Shown here piece after piece: positions 1 through 12,596 of a stretch of DNA of 64,000 nt. Position numbers and translations under genes: made by a program. Within the stretch, counting starts at the first letter, position 1. Every line of letters begins with the position of its first letter. A model generated the notes under the pieces. The model worked only from the letters and a program-made list of their open reading frames with translations. It had not been told where the DNA came from and searched no databases. Origin of the DNA: Ranitomeya imitator (taxonomy: Eukaryota); NCBI RefSeq assembly GCF_032444005.1, contig NC_091286.1, positions 493,954,001 through 494,018,000 on the forward strand, given 5' to 3'.

Positions 1-1
1 C

Positions 2-304
2 CTGGCGCTCTGGAGCTACTTCTTCCACACGGATGAGGTGAAGACCATCGTGAAGTCCAGCCGGGACGCCGTGCAGATGGTGAAGGGCAAGGTGGCCGAG
101 ATCATGCAGAATGACCGCCTCGGGGGGCTGGACGTCCTGGAGGCAGAGTTCTCCAAGACCTGGGAGTTCAAGAGTCACAATGTGGCCGTGTACTCCATCC
201 AGGGCCGGAGGGATCACATGGAGGACCGCTTCGAGATCATCACCGACCTGCTCAACAAGAGCCACCCCTCCATCTTCGGCATCTTCGATGGTCACGGAGG
301 AGAG
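2..304 (+). CDS. PPM1L: Protein phosphatase 1L (PP2C-epsilon), 3' part of first coding exon; 5' end lies upstream of the window
   Basis: The frame from nt 2 reads LALWSYFFHTDEVKTIVKSSRDAVQMVKGKVAEIMQNDRLGGLDVLEAEFSKTWEFKSHNVAVYSIQGRRDHMEDRF...FGIFDGHGGE. This matches the vertebrate PPM1L N-terminus as I recall it and includes the PP2C motifs RxxMED and DGHGG. It ends at a phase-0 donor, GAG|GTAGGT, at 305. Confidence 0.95.
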
Positions 305-315
305 GTAGGTGGCAC

Positions 316-3300
316 CAGGAGGTCCTCCACATGTGCACGACTACATGGCCATGGCTCTGAGAATGTGCCACATGTCCACAACTACATGCCCATGATAGAG
401 GAGGTCCTCCACATGTCCACGATTACATGGCCACGGCTCTGAGAATGTGCCACATGTCCACAACTACATGCCCATGATAGAGGAGATCCAACACATGTCC
501 ACAACTACATGGCCATGATTGAGGAGGTCCCGCCTGCACACAACTACATGCCCATGATAGAGGAGATCCTCCACATGTCCACGATTACATGGCCACGGCT
601 CTGAGAATGTGCCACATGTCCACAACTACATGCCCATGATAGAGGAGATCCTCCACATGTCCACGATTACATGGCCACGGCTCTGAGAATGTGCCACATG
701 TCCACAACTACATGCCCATGATAGAGGAGATCCTCCACATGTCCACGATTACATGGCCACGGCTCTGAGAATGTGCCACATGTCCACAACTACATGCCCA
801 TGATAGAGGAGATCCTCCACATGTCCACAACTACATGGCCATGATTGAGGAGGTCCCGCCTGCACACAACTACATGCCCATGATTGAGGAGGTCCCACAT
901 GCCCATAACTACATGCCCATGACTCTGAGAATGTGCCACCTGCTCACAAATACATGTCCATGATTGAGGAGGTCCCACCTGCTCACAACTACATGCCCAT
1001 GACTCTGAGATTGAGCCACCTGCCCACAACTACATGCCCATGATAGAGGAGGTCCCGCCTGCTTACAACTACATGCCCATGATTGAGGAGGTCCCACATG
1101 CCCATAACTACATGCCCATGACTCTGAGAATGTGCCACCTGCTCACAAATACATGCCCATGATTGAGGAGGTCCCACATGCTCACAACTACATGCCCATG
1201 ATTGAGGAGGTCCCACTTGCTCACAACTACATGCCCATGATTGAGGAGGTCCCACATGCCCATAACTACATGCCCATGACTCTGAGAATGTGCCACCTGC
1301 TCACAAATACATGCCCATGATAGAGGAGATCCTCCACATGTCCACGATTACATGGCCACGGCTCTGAGAATGTGCCACATGTCCACAACTACATGCCCAT
1401 GATAGAGGAGATCCTCCACATGTCCACGATTACATGGCCACGGCTCTGAGAATGTGCCACATGTCCACAACTACATGCCCATGATAGAGGAGATCCTCCA
1501 CATGTCCACAACTACATGGCCATGATTGAGGAGGTCCCGCCTGCACACAACTACATGCCCATGATTGAGGAGGTCCCACATGCCCATAACTACATGCCCA
1601 TGACTCTGAGAATGTGCCACCTGCTCACAAATACATGTCCATGATTGAGGAGGTCCCACCTGCTCACAACTACATGCCCATGACTCTGAGATTGAGCCAC
1701 CTGCCCACAACTACATGCCCATGATAGAGGAGGTCCCGCCTGCTTACAACTACATGCCCATGATTGAGGAGGTCCCACATGCCCATAACTACATGCCCAT
1801 GACTCTGAGAATGTGCCACCTGCTCACAAATACATGCCCATGATTGAGGAGGTCCCACATGCTCACAACTACATGCCCATGATTGAGGAGGTCCCACTTG
1901 CTCACAACTACATGCCCATGATTGAGGAGGTCCCACATGCCCATAACTACATGCCCATGACTCTGAGAATGTGCCACCTGCTCACAAATACATGTCCATG
2001 ATTGAGGAGGTCCCACCTGCTCACAACTACATGCCCATGACTCTGAGATTGAGCCACCTGCCCACAACTACATGCCCATGATAGAGGAGGTCCCGCCTGC
2101 TTACAACTACATGCCCATGATTGAGGAGGTCCCACATGCCCATAACTACATGCCCATGACTCTGAGAATGTGCCACCTGCTCACAAATACATGCCCATGA
2201 TTGAGGAGGTCCCACATGCTCACAACTACATGCCCATGATTGAGGAGGTCCCACCTGCTCACAACTACATGCCCATGATTGAGGAGGTCCCACATGTCCA
2301 CAACTACATGCCCATGATTGAGGAGGTCCCACCTGCTCACAACTACATGGCCATGATTGAGGGGGTCCCACCTGCTCACAACTACATGCCCATGATTGAG
2401 GAGGTCTCACCTGCTCACAACTACATGGCCATGATTGAGGGGGTCCCACCTGCTCACAACTACATGCCCATGATTGAGGAGGTCCCACCTGCTCACAACT
2501 ACATGGCCATGATTGAGGGGGTCCCACCTGCTCACAACTACATGCCCATGATTGAGGAGGTCTCACCTGCTCACAACTACATGGCCATGATTGAGGGGGT
2601 CCCACCTGCTCACAACTACATGCTCATGATTGAGGAGGTCCCACCTGCTCTCAATTACGTGCCCATGATTGAGGATGAGCCACCTGCTCACAATTACATG
2701 CCCATTATTGAGGAGGTCCCACATGCCCACAACTACATGCCCATTATTGAGGAGGTCCCACATGTCCACAACTACATGCCCATGATTGAGGAGGTTCCAC
2801 ATGCCCACAACTACATGCCCATGGCTCTGAGAATGAGCCACCTGCTCACAACTACATGCCCATGATTGAGGGAGTCCCACCTGCTCACAACTACATGCAC
2901 ATGATTGAGGAGGTCCCACCTGCTCACAACTACATACCCATGATTGAGGATGAGCCACCTGCCCACAACTACATGCCCATTATTGAGGAGGTCCCACCTG
3001 CCCACAACTACATGGCCATGATTGAGGAAGTCCCACCTGCTCATTATTACATTCTTATGATTGAGGATGTCCTACATACCCATGGCTAATGATGTCCTAC
3101 ATGCCTAAGACTACACACCATGACTAAGGATGTCGCATGCCCATGACTCTGAAAATGTACCACATGCCCATGACTACATGCTCCTTTTGCCCATGACTGA
3201 GGATGTCTCACTTGATCACATCTACATTCCTATGACTGAGGATGTCACAAATGCACATGACTGCAAAAATATACCAAATGCCTATGTCACGGACGGAGTA

Positions 3301-3560
3301 TGTCCCACCTGCTCACAACTATATTTCTGTGTCAGAGGATGTCCCACATGCCCGTGACTACATACTTATGACTCTGAGGATGTCTCGCATGCACAGAACC
3401 CCATGCCCATGACTATATGTGTCACATATTCATGACTCTGAGGCTGTCCAACCTTTTCACAACTACATATCTATGCCAGATGATGTCCCAGCAGGCCACA
3501 ACTACATGCCCAAGACTCGCATGCTTAAAACTCTGAGAATGTCCCACCTGCCCATATCTC
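316..3560. repeat. 39-bp minisatellite (ATGATTGAGGAGGTCCCACCTGCTCACAACTACATGCCC) with higher-order duplications
   Basis: Tandem units are directly visible, and the ORF track shows a 13-aa period (MIEEVPPAHNYMP). Identical ORFs recur at offsets of 681 and 357 bp. The array degenerates after about 3060. Confidence 0.95.
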
Positions 3561-4220
3561 TGGAACAGCATGGGATCTGAGACTGTGTGTTACTAGATGC
3601 TTAGAAACAGTCACCCTAGAGACTAGGGTGCATAACTATAACCTGGGCACTGTGCTGTGCATGGTAAGATATTGGGGTTACAGTGTGGTACCCTGCACTG
3701 GGACAAATGCCAGAGATCTGTGAGGACTGTTAGATCACTGTGCCCTTGTATGACACAATGTGTTATAGTCCAGAATGGCATCCAGGACACACCACATATA
3801 TCAACAAAGTGCTCCATTTATTAGAAATCTACCACCAGCTCTAAAGGTCGTCTTTTGTGGTTATAAGCAGCTATTATTAGACGGTCACAAGTAAGTATTT
3901 GTCATTACTGTACTAAAGTTAGACCAGACCAGCAAAAATACTGATATTTGGGCCACCTGGCTAGAGATGTTGGCCACCTCTTGGTTGTCTATTATGTATC
4001 CCTTCAGAAATAGTGCATAGGTCACACTGCTCTTATGTATGCCATTATTACCTAATGAAACGGTCTAGTGACTGGTAAAAAGTGTCTAGGACACATCATA
4101 AGTTAGGCATGCATACAATACTTCAGTTTTTTTGTGCAAATTGATGCCATTTTTTTTCTTACTAACTATTTCCAATTCATTTAATGGATCAACAACACCA
4201 ATAATGAGGCTGGAAAAGAA

Positions 4221-6390
4221 CAGGTAGACATATAATGGTCCTAACAGGTAGACATATAATGGTCCTAACAGGTCGACATGTAATGGTCCTAGCAGGTAGA
4301 CATGTAATGGTCCTAACAGGTAGACATGTAATGGTCCTAACAGGTAGACATGTAATGGTCCTAACAGGTAGACATGTAATGGTCCTAACAGGTCGACATG
4401 TAATGGTCCTAACAGGTCGACATGTAATGGTCCTAGCAGGTAGACATGTAATGGTCCTAACAGGTCGACATGTAATGGTCCTAGCAGGTAGACATGTAAT
4501 GGTCCTAACAGGTAGACATGTAATGGTCCTAACAGGTAGACATGTAATGGTCCTAACAGGTAGACATGTAATGGTCCTAACAGGTCGACATGTAATGGTC
4601 CTAACAGGTCGACATGTAATGGTCCTAGCAGGTAGACATGTAATGGTCCTAACAGGTAGACATGTAATGGTCCTAACAGGTAGACATGTAATGGTCCTAA
4701 CAGGTAGACATGTAATGGTCCTAACAGGTAGACATGTAATGGTCCTAACAGGTAGACATGTAATGGTCCTAGCAGGTAGACATGTAATGGTCCTAGCAGG
4801 TAGACATGTAATGGTCCTAACAGGTAGACATGTAATGGTCCTAACAGGTAGACATGTAATGGTCCTAGCAGGTAGACATGTAATGGTCCTAGCAGGTAGA
4901 CATGTAATGGTCCTAGCAGGTAGACATGTAATGGTCCTAGCAGGTAGACATGTAATGGTCCTAGCAGGTAGACATCTAATGGTCCTAGCAGGTAGACATG
5001 TAATGGTCCTAGCAGGTAGACATGTAATGGTCCTAGCAGGTAGACATGTAATGGTCCTAGCAGGTAGACATGTAATGGTCCTAGCAGGTAGACATCTAAT
5101 GGTCCTAGCAGGTAGACATGTAATGGTACCAGCAGGTAGACATGTAATGGTCCTAGCAGGTAGACATGTAATGGTCCTAGCAGGTAGACATGTAATGGTC
5201 CTAGCAGGTAGACATCTAATGGTCCTAGCAGGTAGACATGTAATGGTCCTAGCAGGTAGACATGTAATGGTCCTAGCAGGTAGACATGTAATGGTCCTAG
5301 CAGGTAGACATGTAATGGTCCTAGCAAGTAGACATGTAATGGTCCTAGCAGGTAGACATGTAATGGTCCTAGCAGGTAGACATGTAAGGGTCCTAGCAGG
5401 TAGACATGTAATGGTCCTAGCAGGTAGACATGTAAGGGTCCTAGCAGGTAGACATGTAATGGTCCTAGCAGGTAGACATGTAATGGTCCTAGCAGGTAGA
5501 CATGTAATGGTCCTAGCAGGTAGACATGTAATGGTCCTAACAGGTAGACATGTAATTGTCCTAACAGGTAGACATGTAATGGTCCTAGCAGGTAGACATG
5601 TAATGGTCCTAGCAGGTAGACATGTAAGGGTCCTAGCAGGTAGACATGTAAGGGTCCTAGCAGGTAGACATGTAATGGTCCTAGCAGGTAGACATGTAAT
5701 GGTCCTAGCAGGTAGACATGTAATGGTCCTAACAGGTAGACATGTATTGGACCTAGCAGGTAGACATGTAATGGTCCTAACAGGTAGACCTGTAATGGAC
5801 CTAACAGGTAGACATGTAATGGTCCTAACAGGTAGACATGTAATGGTCCTAACAGGTAGACATGTAATGGTCCTAACAGGTAGACATGTAATGGTCCTAA
5901 CAGGCAGACATATATTGGTCCTAGCAGGTAGACATGTATTGGACCTAGCAGGTAGACATGTAATGGTCCTAGCAGGTAGACATGTAATGGTCCTAGCAGG
6001 TACACATGTAATGGTCCTAGCAGGTAGACATGCAATGGTCCTAGCAGGTAGACATGTAATGGTCCTAGCAGGTAGACATGTAATGGTCCTAACAGGTAGA
6101 CATGTAAGGGTCCTAGCAGGTAGACATGTAAGGGTCCTAGCAGGTAGACATGTAATGGTCCTAGCAGGTAGACATGTAATGGTCCTAGCAGGTAGACATG
6201 TAATGGTCCTAACAGGTAGACATGTAATGGTCCTAACAGGTAGACATGTAATGGTCCTAACAGGTAGACATGTAATGGTCCTAGCAGGTAGACATGTAAT
6301 GGTCCTAGCAGGTAGACATGTAATGGTCCTAACAGGTAGACATGTAATGGTCCTAGCAGGTAGACATGTAATTGTCCTAACAGGTAGACT
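4221..6390. repeat. 24-bp minisatellite (CAGGTAGACATGTAATGGTCCTA[A/G]), about 90 copies
   Basis: Near-perfect tandem array with an 8-aa period in the ORFs on both strands. Confidence 0.97.
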
Positions 6391-7341
6391 TCAATAGTTC
6401 TCACAATTTTTTTTTCCCCAAAATGTGATATAGACTGTGAAAAAGGAAAGCAACACATTAACCCAAAATCTGATAACTCTTGCAAAGACCAATATTAGAC
6501 ACCAACATCCAAAATCATTGGTTATGTATAGAATTCCATGTGATGCACCTAGAACAGACTGTAATAAATAGCAGTGGTGCTCACTGTCTGCTGGCTCAGT
6601 TCACACTAAGACTGCTAGGGTTTAGAGTTTCTGCCTATATGAACTGGAAGAAGAGACTCAGGTTAGATGTATATTTACAAAGTGTAGAAATAAATTGTCT
6701 TCTGATGCCCCAATATTTGCTTTTGTGTAGACAATAGTAATGGCAGATGTGTCCATGTGATGGGCGGTTATTTACATGACCGCGTATGGCAAATACGGGT
6801 TTCTTACCTTGCAACTGCCCCCTTTCTGACCCCAACCCGCGTAGACCATTACACCCCTTGAAAATAAAACATAATTCATCAGTTCTTTGGATAATATTGG
6901 CCACAGCAGCCAGTTTATTAACAAACAATAACAAATACAAAGCAATTATTGATATAATCTCTAAAATGAGGGGAGGGTTCTTGGAGCTAAAAGATCTGGC
7001 TTTTATTTAGCAATAACCAACAAACTTCAACCACTATGTTACGGTACCCTCAGCCGTAAACCACCAGCTCGAGGGCGCCAAACAACCCGTTCAGGGAAGA
7101 CTACAACCAAAAGCTCCCCGGGTATGACCCCGTCCAGAGCCCATAGCCGAATGCCAGATCAACCCCACCTCATTTTAACTGTCCAGAATTTACTCACAAT
7201 TCCTTCCCCGACTAATCAGCGTCAACTCCAAGAACCCGCCAACCGCCAACCTAGCCACAGTGATCAAGTACTGCTCTACTCCATCTACTAAAAACAACCA
7301 TCATCCACGTAAATTTTTTACGCTGCTACACTCGTAAACAA

Positions 7342-7345
<4 letters not shown>

Positions 7346-7377
<32 letters not shown>
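7346..7377. repeat. (TA)n microsatellite
   Basis: Direct reading. Confidence 0.9.
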
Positions 7378-7382
<5 letters not shown>

Positions 7383-8861
7383 ATAAACAACCCCATAAAG
7401 GATATTTGTAAATAAAATTCCCCACACATTACTCCAACCTACTAACAACCAGAAATAGGGGAGGGTGGGTCTTCACTCTCCAGATTCTTTTTGAAAATGG
7501 CGTTATTCCTGCACTTTTTACCCCCCCCCCCCCCAAACTAGTCCCTAGGCCCGCCCCCTATAACCCCCCTTCATAACCTCCACCAATCCCTGTCCGTCCT
7601 ATGACCCCTCCTGGAAACCCTCCCCTAGCCAACTGCAGTCATGGGGTGCTTCCATCTAGCTATGCCTATTCCAGCCCCCATTGGATGGCAGCCTGCTAAT
7701 ATTGTAAAGCCCATTAGGATATTGGGGTCTCCCTGGTTGCTGTCTGCTTCTTGTCATCCTTTCATTGGGTGGGCTCCATAGCGAGAGGGGCATGTAGCCT
7801 GTGTGTATAGATGACCAGGACGTTTCTTTCCGGAGGATCATACTCCACCATTCTCATCACTACTTGGCAGCATTTCTTTCACATCCTTTTCTTTATTTTC
7901 AGATAGAAGATGTCGTACATGGGGGGTTCATTGTATATTTTGCTCTATCATCTGCCCACAAGTCGCCATCATGTTTCATACAGCTGCCCTGTGGAATTTT
8001 AATTTATGTTGCAGAAAAAGAAAGTTACGCGCCACTTATCGAAGCCGTTTCTTTTTCCACGCCACAGCAGGTAGCCACATGCGTATTTTCCACACGTGGA
8101 ATTGTAGCAATGAAACTGCGAAGCAGAAACCTGAGGGTCTGCCGTGGATCCCACTGCAAACAAAAGCTCCCTAAAGCCCCACATATAAGCGGCCATTAGC
8201 CCCATGATCCAACGGCGATGGTATTGAGGATTGTCTGACGTTCATGGGTTTATCACAGGCGACTTTTATATTAAATCACTTTATAAATTCTTATTACAAA
8301 AGACACCTAGAAAGTGCTGAGATCATCTCACTAAGCTATAATTGATACATTGTTCTGGGAGCGTATTACAATCGTTCTGCCGGGCAGACCGGCGACTGAA
8401 TCCAGGATTTCATAGATGTCAGGCATCAGCGTGTCATTTCCAATGCTCCGTTGTTTACCAGGGCTGTAGACTCACTTATCGGAACAGCGAGCCGCAATTA
8501 TTACTATAAGACCTTCTACCCGCTCATCACTGAATGCAAAGATGGGACAAAAACAAGCCGCATATCAGACAGTTGTCAGGTTACAGGTGTTTATAGTGAA
8601 GAACTGGCTCGTGGGTCATTGGGAGTAGACAATTCTGGGTTATATGGGCCGTTCTCATTTTTCTAGTATGACAGCTTTACATTGAGCTTGAGCGTCATGT
8701 AATTTGTTCAGGGTTAATCATTAGCACTAAGAAAAATTGGGAATAAAAGGAACAAGCCATGGGGCAGCCATATGGCTCATTAATCCCTGTGCTGTTTTAT
8801 CACTTTTTCTGCACCAGTGTTCATGATCAGATAATACTACTTTACATGCATAATCTCGAAA

Positions 8862-9456
8862 AAAAAGAATCCGTCAGCAGGTTTTTTGTTATTTAGAATA
8901 GCGTTATGCTGCTCTAAATATCAAAAATCTGCCGACAGATTCCATGACACTATATAGGGGCAGAGAGCCTAGGTCACTTGCTCCACAGCTTGCTGTAGTT
9001 TCAGTACAATCAGTGTTTTATCAGCAGGAGATCATCACTACAGGACAAGGTGTCCAGCTAATGTGTGTAAGCACACCCCCACCAACGATTGGCAGATTTC
9101 TGGCATTGTAGAGGTATAAAGAGCTCAGCATTCACAGCACTGCTACATCTAGAGCAGAGGTCCCCAACTCCAGTCCTCAAGGCCCACCAACAGGTCATGT
9201 TTTCAGGATTTCCTTAGTCTTGCCCAGGTAATAATTGCATCACCTGTGCAATGCAAAGGAAATCCTGAAAACATGACCTGTTGGTGGGCCTTGAGGACTG
9301 GAGTTGGGGACCCCTGATCTAGAGCATAGAAAGCAGGGATTGTATCAAAACTGCACCAAGCAGCTCAGTAAGTGACATCACTGTAATCGGGGTCTCTGCC
9401 CCAACATGATGTTGCTCTCAGATCCTGTAGAAAAAACCTGCTGACAGATTCCTTTT
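8862..9456. mobile_element. T2/Kolobok-type MITE (degenerate) hosting a nested hAT MITE
   Basis: Inverted ends: AAAAGAATCCGTCAGCAGGTTTTTT and AAAAAACCTGCTGACAGATTCCTTTT. Confidence 0.6.
9155..9316. mobile_element. hAT-type palindromic MITE, 162 bp
   Basis: TIRs of about 60 bp (CAGAGGTCCCCAACTCCAGTCCTCAAGG... / ...CCTTGAGGACTGGAGTTGGGGACCCCTG). Perfect 8-bp TSD ATCTAGAG on both sides, which fits the nTCTAGAn target of hAT-Charlie elements. Confidence 0.92.
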
Positions 9457-9559
9457 TGAAGTTTTTCAATCTAAAGTGTACGTACAGTGAATTATCGTTG
9501 ATTTGAAAATCTAAAGTTGCGATAGAAATGGCGTTCTAGAGAGGCAGTGGTCTTCTCAA

Positions 9560-9800
9560 AGATGATGGCCTGTATAGATAGGATCTTTTAATAGGAAAGC
9601 AGGGGTAGATAAAGGCATGGAGTCATATGACAGGCTAATCAAGCATGATGGAATCTTACATCTTCGAGAAAAAATAGAATATGACCAAGAAGGAGCAGAA
9701 ACTTTCTCCGGTGCATAGTCTGTATTTATCCTTCTAGTCCTGATTTCCTGCTTGTATCGCCTGACCATAGGCCGGTGTAGGGGAGGGTGGACTATTTTTT
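9560..9800 (-). mobile_element. Possible L1/Tx1 LINE ORF2 C-terminal remnant
   Basis: A minus-strand frame reads roughly KKIVHPPYTGLWS...LEG...RRKF, loosely like the W..P...W....E....R..KF tail of L1-clade ORF2. Very decayed. Confidence 0.3.
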
Positions 9801-9972
9801 AATCATTTCAGATATTGCAGGTAATTATATTAAAGGCCAATAGAAGAGGAATTTCTGCTCCACCATCCGTGGATAGCATAAGAAAGTTTTTATTGAAGAT
9901 CCATTAAATAAAGAAAACAACACACGGGAACTTAAAAACTGACGCGTTTCAAGCGATCAAACCGCTCTTATT

Positions 9973-10062
9973 CAGGGCTGTGGAGTCGGAGCCCATTTTG
10001 GTGGAGTCGGTGTCATGGAAATTGAGGAGTTGGACGTTTGGCTTACCGACTCCACAGCCCTG
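9973..10062. mobile_element. Short hAT-like MITE, 90 bp
   Basis: 17-bp perfect TIR CAGGGCTGTGGAGTCGG / CCGACTCCACAGCCCTG. No TSD visible. Confidence 0.7.
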
Positions 10063-12596
10063 TTTTAAAGGCAACCTGGCAGTAGATTGATGCTGCTTGA
10101 ACCACTAGAAGCATGAATCAGATACTGGACGCATTATTACAGCTGCGGGGAAAAGCCGGCGGGGATCATGTCTCTCGGATGACAAGTCTGCTGTGGGGGG
10201 AGACCTTTCAGTGTAGGGGAGTAGGATGAGAAGCCGTCGCTGGGGTCCGGCCCTTGACTAGTATTCCAAGACGCGTGATGCCCAGCAGGTTTTCGGGTAT
10301 GTTCTCTGAAACTGCAGCATTTTCAATGAGGCAACCATTGATTGGCGCTGCCTGTGGTTCAGGCCGAATGAATCTACTGTCAGGTTCTCTTTAATATATC
10401 TAAAAATATTAAAAGTGAAACATATGTAAGGATAACATACAGGTGCGAGCAAAAAAATAGAAAACTTTAGAAATGATATAAGTCCTTGCTTTGCATTGAG
10501 AAAATATTCCCCAACATTGTCGGATGCCATTAGCTGTTGTGATTCATAACGTCCAGGTATTTTATGGACAAACGGTCTGAACAGTGATTTCTGCGGTGTC
10601 AGTGATAGTCGGAGGCAGCGACAACCCACATTTTAGGCTTTGCTGCCATTCTGTGAGGAGCGCAGAGGACATGGTGATTGCTCATACCCAGGTGCCTCTT
10701 CTGACATTGGAAATATTTTAGTGCATTCAGTGATTTCACTTTGGAAATTACTTATCAAGGAGAAAGCTGCAGAGCTCTTCATTGATTTATTTTTTGCTGC
10801 TGTACTTTGGCATTAGTGCTGTAAATTTCCTTCAGCTGCTGCTTGAGATCAGGCAAGATGCCTTCCTGGAAAATCGAGCAGGACATGGCTTTGTGCGTGG
10901 CGGAGGTGTGATTGCAGCCATCCAAAGCATCTGCACGTACAATAAACATATCTATTTTACCCGGCCACCTTGAACTAATTATAACGGGTTGTTTTCTTTT
11001 TTATTATGATAGGTTTTCCATCTGTGACTTCTTGGAAAATCAAAGCTCTCCAGCCTTGGAGCATAGTGCCAGGTTATAATGGTTATGGTGATGTTTCAGC
11101 ATATTATTACAGTGGAGCAGAAGTGCCAGTTTACATTTGGGTGCACATCTACCCTATGGAGAAGGATATTGGGTCAGTTCTACAAGTTAACACTGTTTGC
11201 ACGACGTGACGGTTTGGCGGTGACGGTGTTTGGGGTACAGAATGGTCCTGAGCACTGTGCAGATTTCGATGCGTGTGGATGAGATTGGTTAGAATCTTCT
11301 GCTGCCATGACCAAATGAAATGCAGGATGACTGATGTATTCCACAAAAATATGAACTGAAGAAGGAAAGAAGAGACTGTGGCTCCTGTGAGCGCTTCCGA
11401 GGATGTCAGTGATCTAGAGGAGATAGAAGTTAGAGGCTTTATTAAAACTACACTTTTCAGAGATGATCAGACCCCTTAATCAGGTATACCTCCAAAATAC
11501 ATCGTTTTAATGAAGCCTCAAACTTCTACCTCCTCTGGATCATTGACATGAGCCGCGATATTTTCTCCCTTCTTCAGTCTCTAGTTCTGGCACATACAGG
11601 TCCAGTAAGCAGCGGGCATAGCGCCAACCTTACAGAGGAGCCACCCATATGTTAGAGTGTTGGGCCTGTCTTGGTGAGTGAATTAGCCTCCACTTACCAA
11701 ATCTCTGTTTTTGGTTAATTCACACAAGGAGCTCTTTTCTGTCCTTTTCTCTACATAAGTATGAACATTTCTACATGATTGTCTTGTTCATATTATTGCA
11801 GAATACCTAATAAAGCCATATTGCATTTTATTGGATCGTGGAGCTGGATTTGTTAATGTCCTCTTATCACACACAGACCGTGTAATCCGTGCCCCCGGTG
11901 GGGAGTGAGCTGGACTTTTCATCATTATGGATTAAAATCTCATCCACTTTGCCGCTATTATGTTTTGCTGCAGATTTTCCGCCTGCAAATTGAAATGGAA
12001 AATCTGGAGCCTTTTCTTCGTCCTGTGAACATGGCCATAAGCTGCGGGGTACAGAGCCCAGGCAGGAGGTAGGCTGCAGTCTCCTTCAGAGTTGTCCTAG
12101 GTCTCTTGGTGAACACTTTGCATTGTCACTCAGTTTTCAGCATGGCTAGCTGTTTCTTTGTGTACACTTTGCATTTTTAAGGCTTATGTCAGTTTTACGC
12201 AGAGATTTTGAGTGACGTGAACATTTTTGCATCCATCCATCGCCTGCTACTTCTCAATAACCTTGTCACAGAGTTGTTGTTGATGCCAAGAATCTCCCTC
12301 ATCAGCAGCAGGCCCTTCCAGATACAGGGCTTCACATTAATGTGACGGCTAAATTACTGGGCTGTTCCGGAGATGATATATGTGTGTGATAATGAGTGAT
12401 TATGCATTTTTATTATCGCTGAATAATCGTGCGTAGGTCACTTAGTGGAGATCAGGTTTTAATTTTGACTGTAACCCCATATATGACGCACAAGTCATGG
12501 AATTCCTTGTGTTAGGAAACAATGCAACGCATGTCCTGCATGGTGAATGCCCAGGCACGGGAGCTATTTCTCCGATCCCAGCTGTTTAACCTTTTA

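Noticed and set aside
38-442. 134-aa ORF as a complete gene
   Set aside because: It is PPM1L exon 1 read through the donor into the minisatellite. The real frame is open from nt 2 and splices at 304.
316-6390. p53 response-element arrays (CATG cores) in the two minisatellites
   Set aside because: The flanks do not fit RRRCWWGYYY and no paired half-sites are present.
4086-6485. 799-aa and 720-aa ORFs on opposite strands
   Set aside because: These are artefacts of a stop-free 24-bp unit whose length is divisible by 3. There is no other sign of coding function.
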